In this document: in pieces, positions 9,920 through 19,080 of the stretch
Position numbering within the stretch: position 1 is the first letter of the stretch
How the letters are laid out: each line of letters opens with the position of its first letter
IMG/VR virus record: IMGVR_UViG_3300026488_000012
Coordinates: 96,001-160,000 of that record
Source: a virus
Strand: one strand, 5' to 3'
DNA length: 64,000 nucleotides
Program-made: the position numbers and the translations under genes
Notes under the pieces: generated by a model
Told to the model about the DNA's origin: nothing
What the model saw: the letters and a program-made list of their open reading frames with translations, nothing else
Database searches by the model: none

Positions 9920-11176
9920 ATGGGATTGTTTAATGATGGAATCGATTATGAAAGTTATACAAGGTCAGTTATAAATGAAAACGATAAACAAATAGACACT
10001 GGTATAGCCATAGCGGATAAAACTAACTATAACTATATATTCGAATCTCAAACACCTATAGATTCGGTTATAAATCAGTTACCTGGTTATGTTATTAAAG
10101 TAACATATTTTAACAAATCACAAGGTAATGCTGAGGTCTACGAATATCCAGATTTTACACTTGATGACTTAATAGTTGAATATACAAAAATAGACAATAT
10201 GTCTTTATACTTAGAGTCTCCTATAGAAGCTACTGAGTTAAACAATTACGAGGGTACTGGTTATATAAAATCTCGTATAGAACCTCAACCAGGGGATTTC
10301 TTTTTAGCTAAGTTATACGACGGTAGATTAGGTTTATTTGTAGTTACTACTACAGACGCTATAACTTATAACTTTAGTAGGATATTTAAAATAACATTTA
10401 AGTTTTATTTATTCCCTTCTGATAAGGATTTAAATAAAATAGAAAAGAACACAGCATTAGAGTTAATAGCTGATGATAAATTAAACAGCTCTAGAGAAGA
10501 AATACTCTATGAGAAGTCCAGATATATAACGATTAGAGAAGTTATAAAAAGAGAGAATGAACTATTAGAAATATGGAAAAGAAGATTTATAACATCGTAT
10601 AATAACTATAATATAGGTTTCAGAGATGAGAACGGTTTCTTGGTAGTAGACCCGTATTTTGAAAAATACGTCGTATCTTTGATAGGATTAACTAACATTA
10701 AAGACGTAACTTTAACTAATTTAAATATGGAAGAACGTTCTATATTTGATGTTATCTTAGATAGAGATAAGATTGCATATGGTCTAATGAAACACTACAC
10801 CATAGAACCTGCTATAGATACGTTCTTCACACCCTTCTTGAAATCCTATGCTTATAATCAAATGGATAAGATAGTTAGATTAACTAAAGATGAGAATGAA
10901 CCATATTACGTATTTTCTAAAACACTATATGATAATTTAATACCAGAGGATAATGATGAAGAAGTGGTATTTGATTCTCCTATAGAATTAGGAGTTTATA
11001 GCGTTATTAACGATATTAACATCGATTTGAATATCCTAGATGAAATCTTAGATGAAATAAATGAATTAATAAAATCTGATAATGAACGACATATGTATTA
11101 CAAGATCCCTGTGGTTATTAATATTTTAAGATTTTACAAATTTAAGAATAACTATACTAACCATTTTCTATTTTAG
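9920..11176 (+). CDS. Putative virion structural protein (phiKZ-like, neck/tail)
   Basis: Motif IEPQPGDFFLAKLYDGRLGLFVVT resembles conserved phiKZ-like virion proteins of this region; SD aaggag. Confidence 0.5.
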   Translation: MGLFNDGIDYESYTRSVINENDKQIDTGIAIADKTNYNYIFESQTPIDSVINQLPGYVIKVTYFNKSQGNAEVYEYPDFTLDDLIVEYTKIDNMSLYLESPIEATELNNYEGTGYIKSRIEPQPGDFFLAKLYDGRLGLFVVTTTDAITYNFSRIFKITFKFYLFPSDKDLNKIEKNTALELIADDKLNSSREEILYEKSRYITIREVIKRENELLEIWKRRFITSYNNYNIGFRDENGFLVVDPYFEKYVVSLIGLTNIKDVTLTNLNMEERSIFDVILDRDKIAYGLMKHYTIEPAIDTFFTPFLKSYAYNQMDKIVRLTKDENEPYYVFSKTLYDNLIPEDNDEEVVFDSPIELGVYSVINDINIDLNILDEILDEINELIKSDNERHMYYKIPVVINILRFYKFKNNYTNHFLF

Positions 11177-11185
11177 GAGTTAAAA

Positions 11186-11785
11186 ATGTTACCAAGAAAT
11201 CATCCATTGTTTAATAGTAGAGCTACTATTATGGAGATACTTACTAAAAATAAATACTTTGTGAAAGTTCCACGTATTTATTTATATTCTCCAGAAGAGT
11301 TAAAATACTTTGGTATGCATACCACTGAAATTAATGGTCGATTTGATAAAAAATCGAGTTTAGAACTAACAGACAGTTATAAGTCCCTATTAGAGATAGC
11401 GGATATAATCAACGACGGTATGCCTGTGCTTGTAAAAGAACCTGTTAAGTATATACCTAATATATACGAAAAGTTAACAGAAGTTATAGATATATTAAAA
11501 AACACGCCATTCCCTAATGAAGAAGAGAGAGAAGAACTTCTATTTAAACTGGAGATAGCGTTAGAAAAAATAGTTAAAGAGAACGGTGAGTATATAGGGA
11601 AGATTATTAACGATAATGATAGGTATACTAATTATACTAAACAAAGATTCGGTAAATTTATGACACCTAGAAGTATAGAGCATAAAGTTAAAATTGATAA
11701 TAATAATACACCTACTGACACTAATAAAGGACTAAATAGAAGATATGGTATGTATAAATTAAATCTCGATGATATAGAGGGTTAA
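11186..11785 (+). CDS. Hypothetical protein, conserved in the phiKZ-like structural region
   Basis: 199-aa ORF with SD aggag; stop codon lies inside the terminator palindrome. Confidence 0.6.
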   Translation: MLPRNHPLFNSRATIMEILTKNKYFVKVPRIYLYSPEELKYFGMHTTEINGRFDKKSSLELTDSYKSLLEIADIINDGMPVLVKEPVKYIPNIYEKLTEVIDILKNTPFPNEEEREELLFKLEIALEKIVKENGEYIGKIINDNDRYTNYTKQRFGKFMTPRSIEHKVKIDNNNTPTDTNKGLNRRYGMYKLNLDDIEG

Positions 11786-11796
11786 CCCTCTATATC
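11771..11796 (+). terminator. Intrinsic terminator, perfect 26-bp palindrome
   Basis: gatatagagggtt|aaccctctatatc followed by a T-run; contains the TAA of 11186..11785. Confidence 0.8.
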
Positions 11797-11845
11797 TTTT
11801 TTATATTTTGGTTTCCTATGAACTAATAGAGATAAAGGAGTATTT

Positions 11846-13258
11846 ATGAGTATTATTAACGTACCGTTGGAAAAACATATACAACAGGTTATATCTAGTT
11901 CTTGGAAATTAGAATTTCCTACATTTTATCTATATTTACATACAGAAGAACATGACTTAGTTATAAAACAGATAAAATTCATCGACGTGGTAAGAGATTT
12001 TTATAACAATTTTACAGATGTTATTACGGTTGAGTTTATACTTCCTAAAGGAGACTATAATAAATTTATTCTTCCTAATAAGGATAGGTTAGAATTTACG
12101 TTATGCGTAAAAAGAGAAGATAACATATTTAAAGATAAACTAAGATGTAGAAAATATAAAGGAGTTGTTTTAGACGCAGGTAGCGAACAAAAAGAAACAA
12201 TAGCAAGTTTACATAACATAGCAGATAGTGAAATGCTTAATAAATCCGATTTTGTATACGTTAAAGCACAGTTAGTGATAGGAGAGTTATTGTTCTTTAA
12301 ACAGACTGAAGTCTACGGGACTTATAGAGATACACCTGTTGGTATATTAGGTAAACTTATAGCTAATGAAGTATCTAAAGCCTTAAGTAAGAAAATGTAC
12401 TTATACATAGCTCCTGGTAATAATGATGTACATAGGATAGTCATATCACCGGTTGTTAAATTACACGAGTTACCAGCTTATCTACAAGAGAATTATGGAC
12501 TGTTCTCGGGATTACCTAACATATATTTTAGTAAAACATCTGAAAAACATACAAACTGTCCCGATTGCCCAGTTGTATATGTATATCCTAAAGCTTATAG
12601 TTTAGAAGGTCCTAGATTACGTATCTATAACTCGGCTAGAAGCATTATGGATTACAACGATATGAGTTTTAAAAAGGTAAAAGGAGGCGATGTTGAGGTA
12701 GTAGCGTCTAAGGTAGATGTATCTAAGACAGGATTTGAACATTTACTACAAGAAGAGGTTGGATACTACGGTATAGATGTTTCGGATGTTTTTAAAGATT
12801 ATGTCGAAGATAATGGTTCTTTAAACACCAAAAACTGTTCAGATAAGTTTAAACAAAATATAGACGATTTACTAAAGATAAAAATGTTAACTTTAGATAA
12901 CGATGTATTAGGAGCTAAAACTAAGAAATATGTAGGATATACGTCTAACGAATACGCCATGGCTCAAATGCTTAATAGTAAAAAAACAACCAAAATGAGT
13001 ATAAGTATTAAAAACTTTGATGGATTATGGGATAGAGGTGCTTTAGAAGAAGTTGTTTATCCAGGTATGGGTATAACTTATCTTTATTCGGTATCTGATA
13101 CCATTAACGGTAATAAGGTCTATAAAATAAAAGCTCTACAGGGTGGAATTGATCAAATGCATATATCCTACGATGTTTTAAATAGAGAACTTACCAGTGC
13201 ATTAGTTTTAGATGTTTTAAATCCTGTGGTCGTACAGAAAGAGAAGAGGAACAAATAA
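11846..13258 (+). CDS. Putative tail/baseplate protein (possibly hub-like)
   Basis: 470-aa beta-rich ORF with SD aaaggag; DVVRDFYNNFTDVITVEF and LPAYLQENYGLF segments recall phiKZ-like baseplate proteins. Function is inference. Confidence 0.35.
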   Translation: MSIINVPLEKHIQQVISSSWKLEFPTFYLYLHTEEHDLVIKQIKFIDVVRDFYNNFTDVITVEFILPKGDYNKFILPNKDRLEFTLCVKREDNIFKDKLRCRKYKGVVLDAGSEQKETIASLHNIADSEMLNKSDFVYVKAQLVIGELLFFKQTEVYGTYRDTPVGILGKLIANEVSKALSKKMYLYIAPGNNDVHRIVISPVVKLHELPAYLQENYGLFSGLPNIYFSKTSEKHTNCPDCPVVYVYPKAYSLEGPRLRIYNSARSIMDYNDMSFKKVKGGDVEVVASKVDVSKTGFEHLLQEEVGYYGIDVSDVFKDYVEDNGSLNTKNCSDKFKQNIDDLLKIKMLTLDNDVLGAKTKKYVGYTSNEYAMAQMLNSKKTTKMSISIKNFDGLWDRGALEEVVYPGMGITYLYSVSDTINGNKVYKIKALQGGIDQMHISYDVLNRELTSALVLDVLNPVVVQKEKRNK

Positions 13259-13272
13259 TAAAAGGACAGAAG

Positions 13273-13620
13273 ATGGAACTGAGGAAGAACGATAAAAATG
13301 AATATGTTATTATTTTAGATAAGAAAGATATTGATGTAGTTATAGATATATTTAAATCCATAACTCCTAACTATGATAGGTATTTACCACTGCAGAATGA
13401 TGATTTATGGTCTAGATTATTATTAAGATATACTGTAGATAGAGTCTTAGACAAGTTAGAGCTCAATAAGAATATTCCTATCCTACTTACTATAATAAAT
13501 GGTAACAGCAAGTTTATAGTCTCTATTACAGACGTAGAACAAAACTATGATGAGAACAACATGGTAAGAGGAATAATGTATGGAGAGATAATTAATACAA
13601 AAATAGTTAAAGAAGTATGA
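13273..13620 (+). CDS. Hypothetical protein
   Basis: 115-aa ORF with SD aaagga. Confidence 0.65.
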   Translation: MELRKNDKNEYVIILDKKDIDVVIDIFKSITPNYDRYLPLQNDDLWSRLLLRYTVDRVLDKLELNKNIPILLTIINGNSKFIVSITDVEQNYDENNMVRGIMYGEIINTKIVKEV

Positions 13621-13641
13621 GGAGTAATTACTCCTCATACT
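13614..13641. terminator. Bidirectional terminator between convergent genes, perfect 28-bp palindrome
   Basis: agtatgaggagtaa|ttactcctcatact overlaps the stop codons of both 13273..13620(+) and 13628..14215(-). Confidence 0.7.
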
Positions 13642-14215
13642 CTAATAAATCATAATCGTCATCTTTGTCTTGTTGTTCTACTTCCTTACTCTCTTCAAGC
13701 AAGCTACCATATCTCTCTTTTATCATATTGTAAAACTCTATTACGTTTTTTATATCTCTTGGATTAACTTTAACAATCTTACTTATAGCTTCTAGTACAG
13801 GTTCTAATTCCTTTTCAGCAAGTACTCTGTTATTCTCTACTGTTAGGTTATAGTTGTTAACTATTGTTGCATAACTTATCTCTTCTAGTGGAGTGTTAAC
13901 GTTATCATAATCTCCTAATAACGGAGGTACTGTAAATAACTTTTCATTAGTCTTATCATCTACTACTATAAATGGTCTTTTAGGATCGCCTGCGATATTG
14001 TAAAAGTTTATAAAGAACCTTCTATTATTCTCCTCGTTATGTTCAACTTTACCTAATAAGTATGGTAGGATATATTCTACAAACACAGATTCACTAACTC
14101 TGTTTAAGTCTTCATCACTTTCTACTTCTACGAATTTCTTTATTTCTTCAGCAGATGAAGCTATCGCTTCCTCTAAAAGATGTAAATATTTCTTGTTGAT
14201 TTCAGGTTTCATCAT
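13628..14215 (-). CDS. Conserved phiKZ-like hypothetical protein (about gp62-like)
   Basis: YILPYLLG...FYNIAGDPKRPFIVVDDKTNEKLFTVPPLL; minus-strand position upstream of the SbcD gene, as recalled for phiKZ-like genomes. Confidence 0.5.
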   Translation of the reverse strand: MMKPEINKKYLHLLEEAIASSAEEIKKFVEVESDEDLNRVSESVFVEYILPYLLGKVEHNEENNRRFFINFYNIAGDPKRPFIVVDDKTNEKLFTVPPLLGDYDNVNTPLEEISYATIVNNYNLTVENNRVLAEKELEPVLEAISKIVKVNPRDIKNVIEFYNMIKERYGSLLEESKEVEQQDKDDDYDLLEYEE

Positions 14216-14243
14216 TTAGTCCTTTACTTTGGTTGTAATGTAG

Positions 14244-14645
14244 TCATCTTAGTAAATATCTGTCAATATTTATATTATCATTAGCACTGATCTCTATTAT
14301 CTCAGATAGATAATAAGTCTTATTATTCTCGTATGTAGCAGCTACTTCTATACCTATTGTTCTTGGTTTGTTATCGTTTTCTTTTATGTTTACACTAACA
14401 TTTACTTCTTTAAAATATAGAAGATAATAATCTGTAAGAGCTTCTTTTATTCTAGATACTAACTCACTATCATCGTTTTTGTAATTCTGATATATCCATT
14501 TAAACGATTTTATTTTACCGTAGAATGTTACCGATTGAGAATAGTCTGATGTTACGAAATATAGAAATATCTTTTCCATTAGAATAACTGGATCTTTTGT
14601 TAAACCAAATATAGTCATAGTTGGTAATAGATTTTTCATTTTCAA
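14244..14645 (-). CDS. Conserved phiKZ-like protein, possibly gp25-like baseplate wedge fold
   Basis: FVTSDYSQSVTFYGKIKSFKWI...IKEALTDYYLLYFKEVNVSV; size and C-terminal beta hairpin fit a gp25-like fold (inference). Confidence 0.4.
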   Translation of the reverse strand: MKMKNLLPTMTIFGLTKDPVILMEKIFLYFVTSDYSQSVTFYGKIKSFKWIYQNYKNDDSELVSRIKEALTDYYLLYFKEVNVSVNIKENDNKPRTIGIEVAATYENNKTYYLSEIIEISANDNINIDRYLLR

Positions 14646-14663
14646 ATCCTTTAGGAGGTATTT

Positions 14664-15782
14664 ATGTTTAGATTTTTAGTTTTATCGGATATACATTTAG
14701 GTCATAACAAAACCCCTACAGAGTTCATAACTCATAACTTAAGAATATGGTTTAAAGATTACGAACATTTGTTTAATATAAATAACTTAGACGCTATATT
14801 TATATCAGGAGATGTTTTTGATAGGTTATTGTCTCCTAATAGTATAGAAAGTATGGAAGCGTATACGTGGTTATCAGAGTTAGCTAAGTACTGTAGTGAA
14901 AACAATATAAAGCTTAGAATACTAGAAGGTACACCAAGCCATGATTGGAAACAGACTAAATTACTGTATAAGATTATTGGAAATTTACATCTCGATATAG
15001 ATTTTAAATACTACGAAGATGTCGATATTGAAGTAATAAGAACTGATAATGCTGAAGTTTCTGTTCTATATATACCGGACGAGATAAGAGAAACTAGTGA
15101 GGAAACATATGAGCTAGTTAAATCAACACTCAAGAAGCACAATATGGAGAAAGTGGACATAGTAATAATGCATGGAGCTTTTAATTATCAATTACCTGTT
15201 AAAGGATTAGATTTCTTACATAATGAAGATGATTATCTATCCATAACTAATGATTTAGTAATTGTAGGACACATTCATAACCAGTCTATTTTTAAAAACA
15301 ATAAGTATAAATCGTTTATACTATGTCCTGGTAGTTTTGATAGGTTAACATTCGCAGACGAAGATATCAAGAAGGGTGGTTGGTTAGTTGAAATAAATGA
15401 AGACGGTGTGAATACTATGTTTTTGGAAAACAGATTAGCTATTAATTTTAAAACAATAGATATTTCAGATAAGAATATAAACTCTTATAAGAAAATAATA
15501 GAATCCATACCAAAGTATTCTAATATCAGACTTATAGTTAACGAAGAGAACAACGTTAATGAACTTGTTAAATACGTAAAATCCGTTAGACCAGATATAA
15601 ACATAGTAGTTAAGGTAAATAAAACAAAAAACAATAATGAGAATAAAGTAGAGAATGTGTCACATACCTTTAAGATAACAGAAGATAATATAAGGGAATT
15701 GATTTATGAAGAATTAAAAAATGATAATTACGATAAAGAACTGCTTAATGAAGAGTTAGACTTGATATTAAGCTCCTTATAA
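14664..15782 (+). CDS. sbcD: SbcD/Mre11-family DNA repair nuclease (metallophosphoesterase)
   Basis: Phosphoesterase motifs SDIHLGH, ISGDVFD, EGTPSHD, MHG, GHIH, plus CPGSFDR. Confidence 0.9.
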   Translation: MFRFLVLSDIHLGHNKTPTEFITHNLRIWFKDYEHLFNINNLDAIFISGDVFDRLLSPNSIESMEAYTWLSELAKYCSENNIKLRILEGTPSHDWKQTKLLYKIIGNLHLDIDFKYYEDVDIEVIRTDNAEVSVLYIPDEIRETSEETYELVKSTLKKHNMEKVDIVIMHGAFNYQLPVKGLDFLHNEDDYLSITNDLVIVGHIHNQSIFKNNKYKSFILCPGSFDRLTFADEDIKKGGWLVEINEDGVNTMFLENRLAINFKTIDISDKNINSYKKIIESIPKYSNIRLIVNEENNVNELVKYVKSVRPDINIVVKVNKTKNNNENKVENVSHTFKITEDNIRELIYEELKNDNYDKELLNEELDLILSSL

Positions 15783-15825
15783 TAATATTTAATTAATTTG
15801 TATATAGAGTAACAAGGAGTAAATA

Positions 15826-16674
15826 ATGGATGTTACAGTATGGACAGGAGATATACTTCCTATAAATTACCCTACCGAAGCTGTTATTTTATCTTACGAG
15901 AAAAGACGAGGTGATTATGATTATTTACTTATTAATTTCACTACTTTAGTAAGAAATTTTATTACTGCGTTAAATCCGGTAGAGGATATATCTGAAAAGA
16001 GTAAATGGAAGAAAGAAATATTAACAGGAAATAGGTATAAAGATAAAATAAAAAATCTGTTTATAAAAGATTTAGAGATATTCCTAAATATCCTAAACGA
16101 TAAACATCTGAAGGTTAAATTTTATTATAGAAAAGATATCGACCATAAGAAGATAAAGAAATGCTATAACAATTATAAGTTGTTGGAGGAATTAAATTTC
16201 AATAACCAGATATCTGAAGAATATGCTAAATCCTTTGTAAGATATGTAACCGACGAAGCTGTTGTAAAGATAGAACCATTACCACAACCCGATCCTTCGG
16301 TTAATTATCTTATACTAACACATAATTCCATAGATTTGATAAGATTTCAGTATAAGAAATATGTGAATCTAATCGAATCTTTTACAGGAGACATAAAACC
16401 TTACACTTTATGGTATACTAAATTATCTAAATTCGGAGACCATGATTTATCTATTATACCATTTAACTATATCACTCTAGCTATATTTGGTTGTAATAAC
16501 TATGTAAAACCAGGTAAGATTAAACTTAAGAAACATATATATGGGATAGCTAAAAAGATGAAGTGGACAAGTTCTACTACCTTAAGTAAAGTAAAACTTG
16601 ATTTAGAAATAAAGGATCCTATGCTTTATAAACTACTCAATGAACAGATAGGTAAATGTTACAAGAATATTTAA
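15826..16674 (+). CDS. Conserved phiKZ gp66-like protein (possibly degenerate PIN/5-prime exonuclease-like fold)
   Basis: Synteny after sbcD; YLLINFTTLVRNFITAL resembles the first strand-helix of PIN-like folds (weak). Confidence 0.4.
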   Translation: MDVTVWTGDILPINYPTEAVILSYEKRRGDYDYLLINFTTLVRNFITALNPVEDISEKSKWKKEILTGNRYKDKIKNLFIKDLEIFLNILNDKHLKVKFYYRKDIDHKKIKKCYNNYKLLEELNFNNQISEEYAKSFVRYVTDEAVVKIEPLPQPDPSVNYLILTHNSIDLIRFQYKKYVNLIESFTGDIKPYTLWYTKLSKFGDHDLSIIPFNYITLAIFGCNNYVKPGKIKLKKHIYGIAKKMKWTSSTTLSKVKLDLEIKDPMLYKLLNEQIGKCYKNI

Positions 16675-16721
16675 AGAATTCTATTTGAGCTGAATTTAAT
16701 AAAAACAAAAAGGAGTTATTT

Positions 16722-17354
16722 ATGGAAAATAAAGTAAGGTTGATACCGAAATCAGTATTTTTAAGATTAAGAAGACTTACACTGTTGGATAAAGTCGGTG
16801 ATAAAGAGTATATACTAAACTGGGGATACAGAGATGGTTATGTATCTTTGGGTGTTATAGACAGAGAGACTAACAGAAGTATTAAAGATGCTAGAATTGC
16901 TTTGAATACTGTCCTTCTAAGAACAGTTGTTCAATATTTAAGAAAAGTAATAGATAGTCAGGAAGAGATAAGTTATACGATAGAGTCTAAAAGTAGGGAT
17001 TTTAACAACAAGGATAATAATAGTTTAATAATTAAAGGTAAATTACATATCGGTAAAAAGAAAGTTAAAGACCACTTAATTAACTACATAATGTTGGAAA
17101 ATGGGGTTAAATACCCGTTTAAATTATTACCAAGCAAGTATTATGTATTCTACAAAAATGGAGAGAAGCTTAACGATTATACAGAGCTTAGTAACTTCTT
17201 TACAGAAGCTTATATAAAAGAACTTAATAAGATTTTGGACGAGATACCGCCGTTTACAGAAGAAGATGTATTTGAAGTTAACCTAAACTTTAATAAAAAC
17301 GACAAGACTGACAAAAATAATAAAACAAAAGAGGAGGATGATGATTTATTTTAG
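16722..17354 (+). CDS. Conserved phiKZ gp67-like protein with acidic C-terminus
   Basis: Synteny between sbcD and the gp68-like gene; C-terminus EEDDDLF resembles acidic tails of DNA-binding/replication proteins. Confidence 0.45.
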   Translation: MENKVRLIPKSVFLRLRRLTLLDKVGDKEYILNWGYRDGYVSLGVIDRETNRSIKDARIALNTVLLRTVVQYLRKVIDSQEEISYTIESKSRDFNNKDNNSLIIKGKLHIGKKKVKDHLINYIMLENGVKYPFKLLPSKYYVFYKNGEKLNDYTELSNFFTEAYIKELNKILDEIPPFTEEDVFEVNLNFNKNDKTDKNNKTKEEDDDLF

Positions 17355-17378
17355 TTATGGAGGATAATTCCTCCATAA
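17355..17378 (+). terminator. Intrinsic terminator hairpin
   Basis: ttatggagga-taat-tcctccataa immediately after the stop codon. Confidence 0.7.
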
Positions 17379-17380
17379 TT

Positions 17381-17486
17381 GGTAATATTTTTAATTTTAA
17401 CTATATATATTGTTATCTTACTAAAATGCAATAAAACTACAAGATTAGGAGGTAAATATGAGTAATGAATTTTACAAAATTAAGGA
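17381..17486 (+). repeat. 106-bp direct repeat, copy 1 (early promoter + RBS + first 10 codons)
   Basis: Identical base for base to 25946-26051; 75 bp of it also occurs at 30132-30206. Confidence 0.95.
17414..17421 (+). promoter_or_regulatory. Putative early (virion RNAP) promoter core TATCTTAC
   Basis: One mismatch to the phiKZ early promoter core TATATTAC, with an upstream T-rich tract. Recurs at 19035, 22760, 25979 and 30158, with variants at 28299, 42703 and an exact TATATTAC at 46632. Confidence 0.6.
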
Positions 17487-19014
17487 CGTATATAAAGATA
17501 CAAGTGTCCTTGTTAGTTACAAAGATAAGGAGATAGAATTTCCGATAGAGATTCTAATTAATCGTAGAAGTAGAGATAGTTACGATAAAGGCATGTTTAC
17601 CGTACTCAATAAGTACGTAGACTGGAAAGGAGTCGGTTTTAAAGAAAAACTATTTAATAGAAATGTAGAAGTGTATAATAATATCCTAGAACTCACTAAC
17701 TACGACCATATAACAGCAGAGGATTATAAGGTGGTTGGTCCTATCTTGGATATGTTTAATTTTCAAGAAGTTAAAGATTTCATAAAGAAATACAATATTG
17801 TAACACCGTTATCTCATTTAGACGATGAGTTTAACTTATCTATAGAGATAAACAAAGAAGGTAGTAGAGTTCAAACTTATCTCAAGGAGGATTATATAGA
17901 GCTTGTTGCGTTATTGACTATTATTAAGTCGGTTATAGGTCCTATCGGAATGTACGCTGAATTCAATACCGGTAAAATACCAGAGAATTATAGAGAGCTA
18001 ATTCTAATCAATTTTCTACTGGAGCATGAGATATCAGAAACCCCTCCATTTAAGAAGTTAATAGGGTATATAGAAAAACTTGTTAAGAACATAGAGACGA
18101 ACGAGGAAGAGCTTAACATACGCTTAATTAAAAGGGGTATAGATAAGGAAAATCTCATCTATAGTATACTTGGAGGAGTGTTGTTTACTAAACTTTGTCT
18201 AAGAAACGAGATTAACGATACTGAGGATAAGAGTATAATAAATACTCTTTATAGTTACGTTAGTAATAAATTAGAGATTAAGAATACTGCTACTTCTAAT
18301 ATCAGGATTAAGAAGTATTATATAAGTAGCCAGGATGGCGAAGATACTGAGAGTATTATAGAAAGCTATAGGATACCTACTGAATTAACACAAGGTTGGA
18401 TAGAGGAGTTCAAATTTGCCACTAGCGATATACGTAGGATGTATAGGTTTTATACAGGTAAGGAACCAAGTGAAGAATTAAAAATGTTTGAACATGCCAT
18501 ACATAGTATATCTCCTAAAGAAATACCAGAAGTAAATATCAAACTAGCGTTTATTATATTAAAGAAGATTATAGACCCGAGAGCTTATTTGTATGTAGAC
18601 GCTAAGAATATTAAAAATGTATTAACAGTAGCAGCTACTGTGGCTTGGGAATTAGATTTCCAAAACATGTCTTTGGTATTGTCTAGTCAAAAAGCACCTG
18701 GTGGTATTGGTTTTAGTATAAATAGTAAAACAAAACTTGATTCAATTACTAAGGAATTGTTAGCAAAGGAATTTCCTCTTAATGTTTACAATTTTAATAA
18801 AAGAAAGAATATCATAACTAAAGTGGATAATGTTGTAGAGAAATATATAACAAAGATTGCCGAGAAGATGTTAACTACTCAGTATTTATGTATGTTACCA
18901 GAAAATATTATAGAAGAAGTAACAGGTAGTAGAAAGAGGATAATAGAGGTTCCTACGTCTATTAGAAGTATACTAACAGAGCTACTAATTAAGATAGAAT
19001 ATACAGTTAATTAA
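17458..19014 (+). CDS. Non-virion RNA polymerase promoter-specificity (sigma-like) subunit, phiKZ gp68-like
   Basis: 518 aa; synteny sbcD-gp66-gp67-gp68-gp69-gp70; YLKEDYIELVALLTIIKSVIGPIG and ESIIESYRI segments recall gp68 family proteins; shares its leader with the nvRNAP beta genes. Confidence 0.7.
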   Translation: MSNEFYKIKDVYKDTSVLVSYKDKEIEFPIEILINRRSRDSYDKGMFTVLNKYVDWKGVGFKEKLFNRNVEVYNNILELTNYDHITAEDYKVVGPILDMFNFQEVKDFIKKYNIVTPLSHLDDEFNLSIEINKEGSRVQTYLKEDYIELVALLTIIKSVIGPIGMYAEFNTGKIPENYRELILINFLLEHEISETPPFKKLIGYIEKLVKNIETNEEELNIRLIKRGIDKENLIYSILGGVLFTKLCLRNEINDTEDKSIINTLYSYVSNKLEIKNTATSNIRIKKYYISSQDGEDTESIIESYRIPTELTQGWIEEFKFATSDIRRMYRFYTGKEPSEELKMFEHAIHSISPKEIPEVNIKLAFIILKKIIDPRAYLYVDAKNIKNVLTVAATVAWELDFQNMSLVLSSQKAPGGIGFSINSKTKLDSITKELLAKEFPLNVYNFNKRKNIITKVDNVVEKYITKIAEKMLTTQYLCMLPENIIEEVTGSRKRIIEVPTSIRSILTELLIKIEYTVN

Positions 19015-19080
19015 TTTGTAAGTTTTATTAAAACTATCTTACTAAACTGCAACAAAACAAAAAAAAAACAGGAGGTAAAT

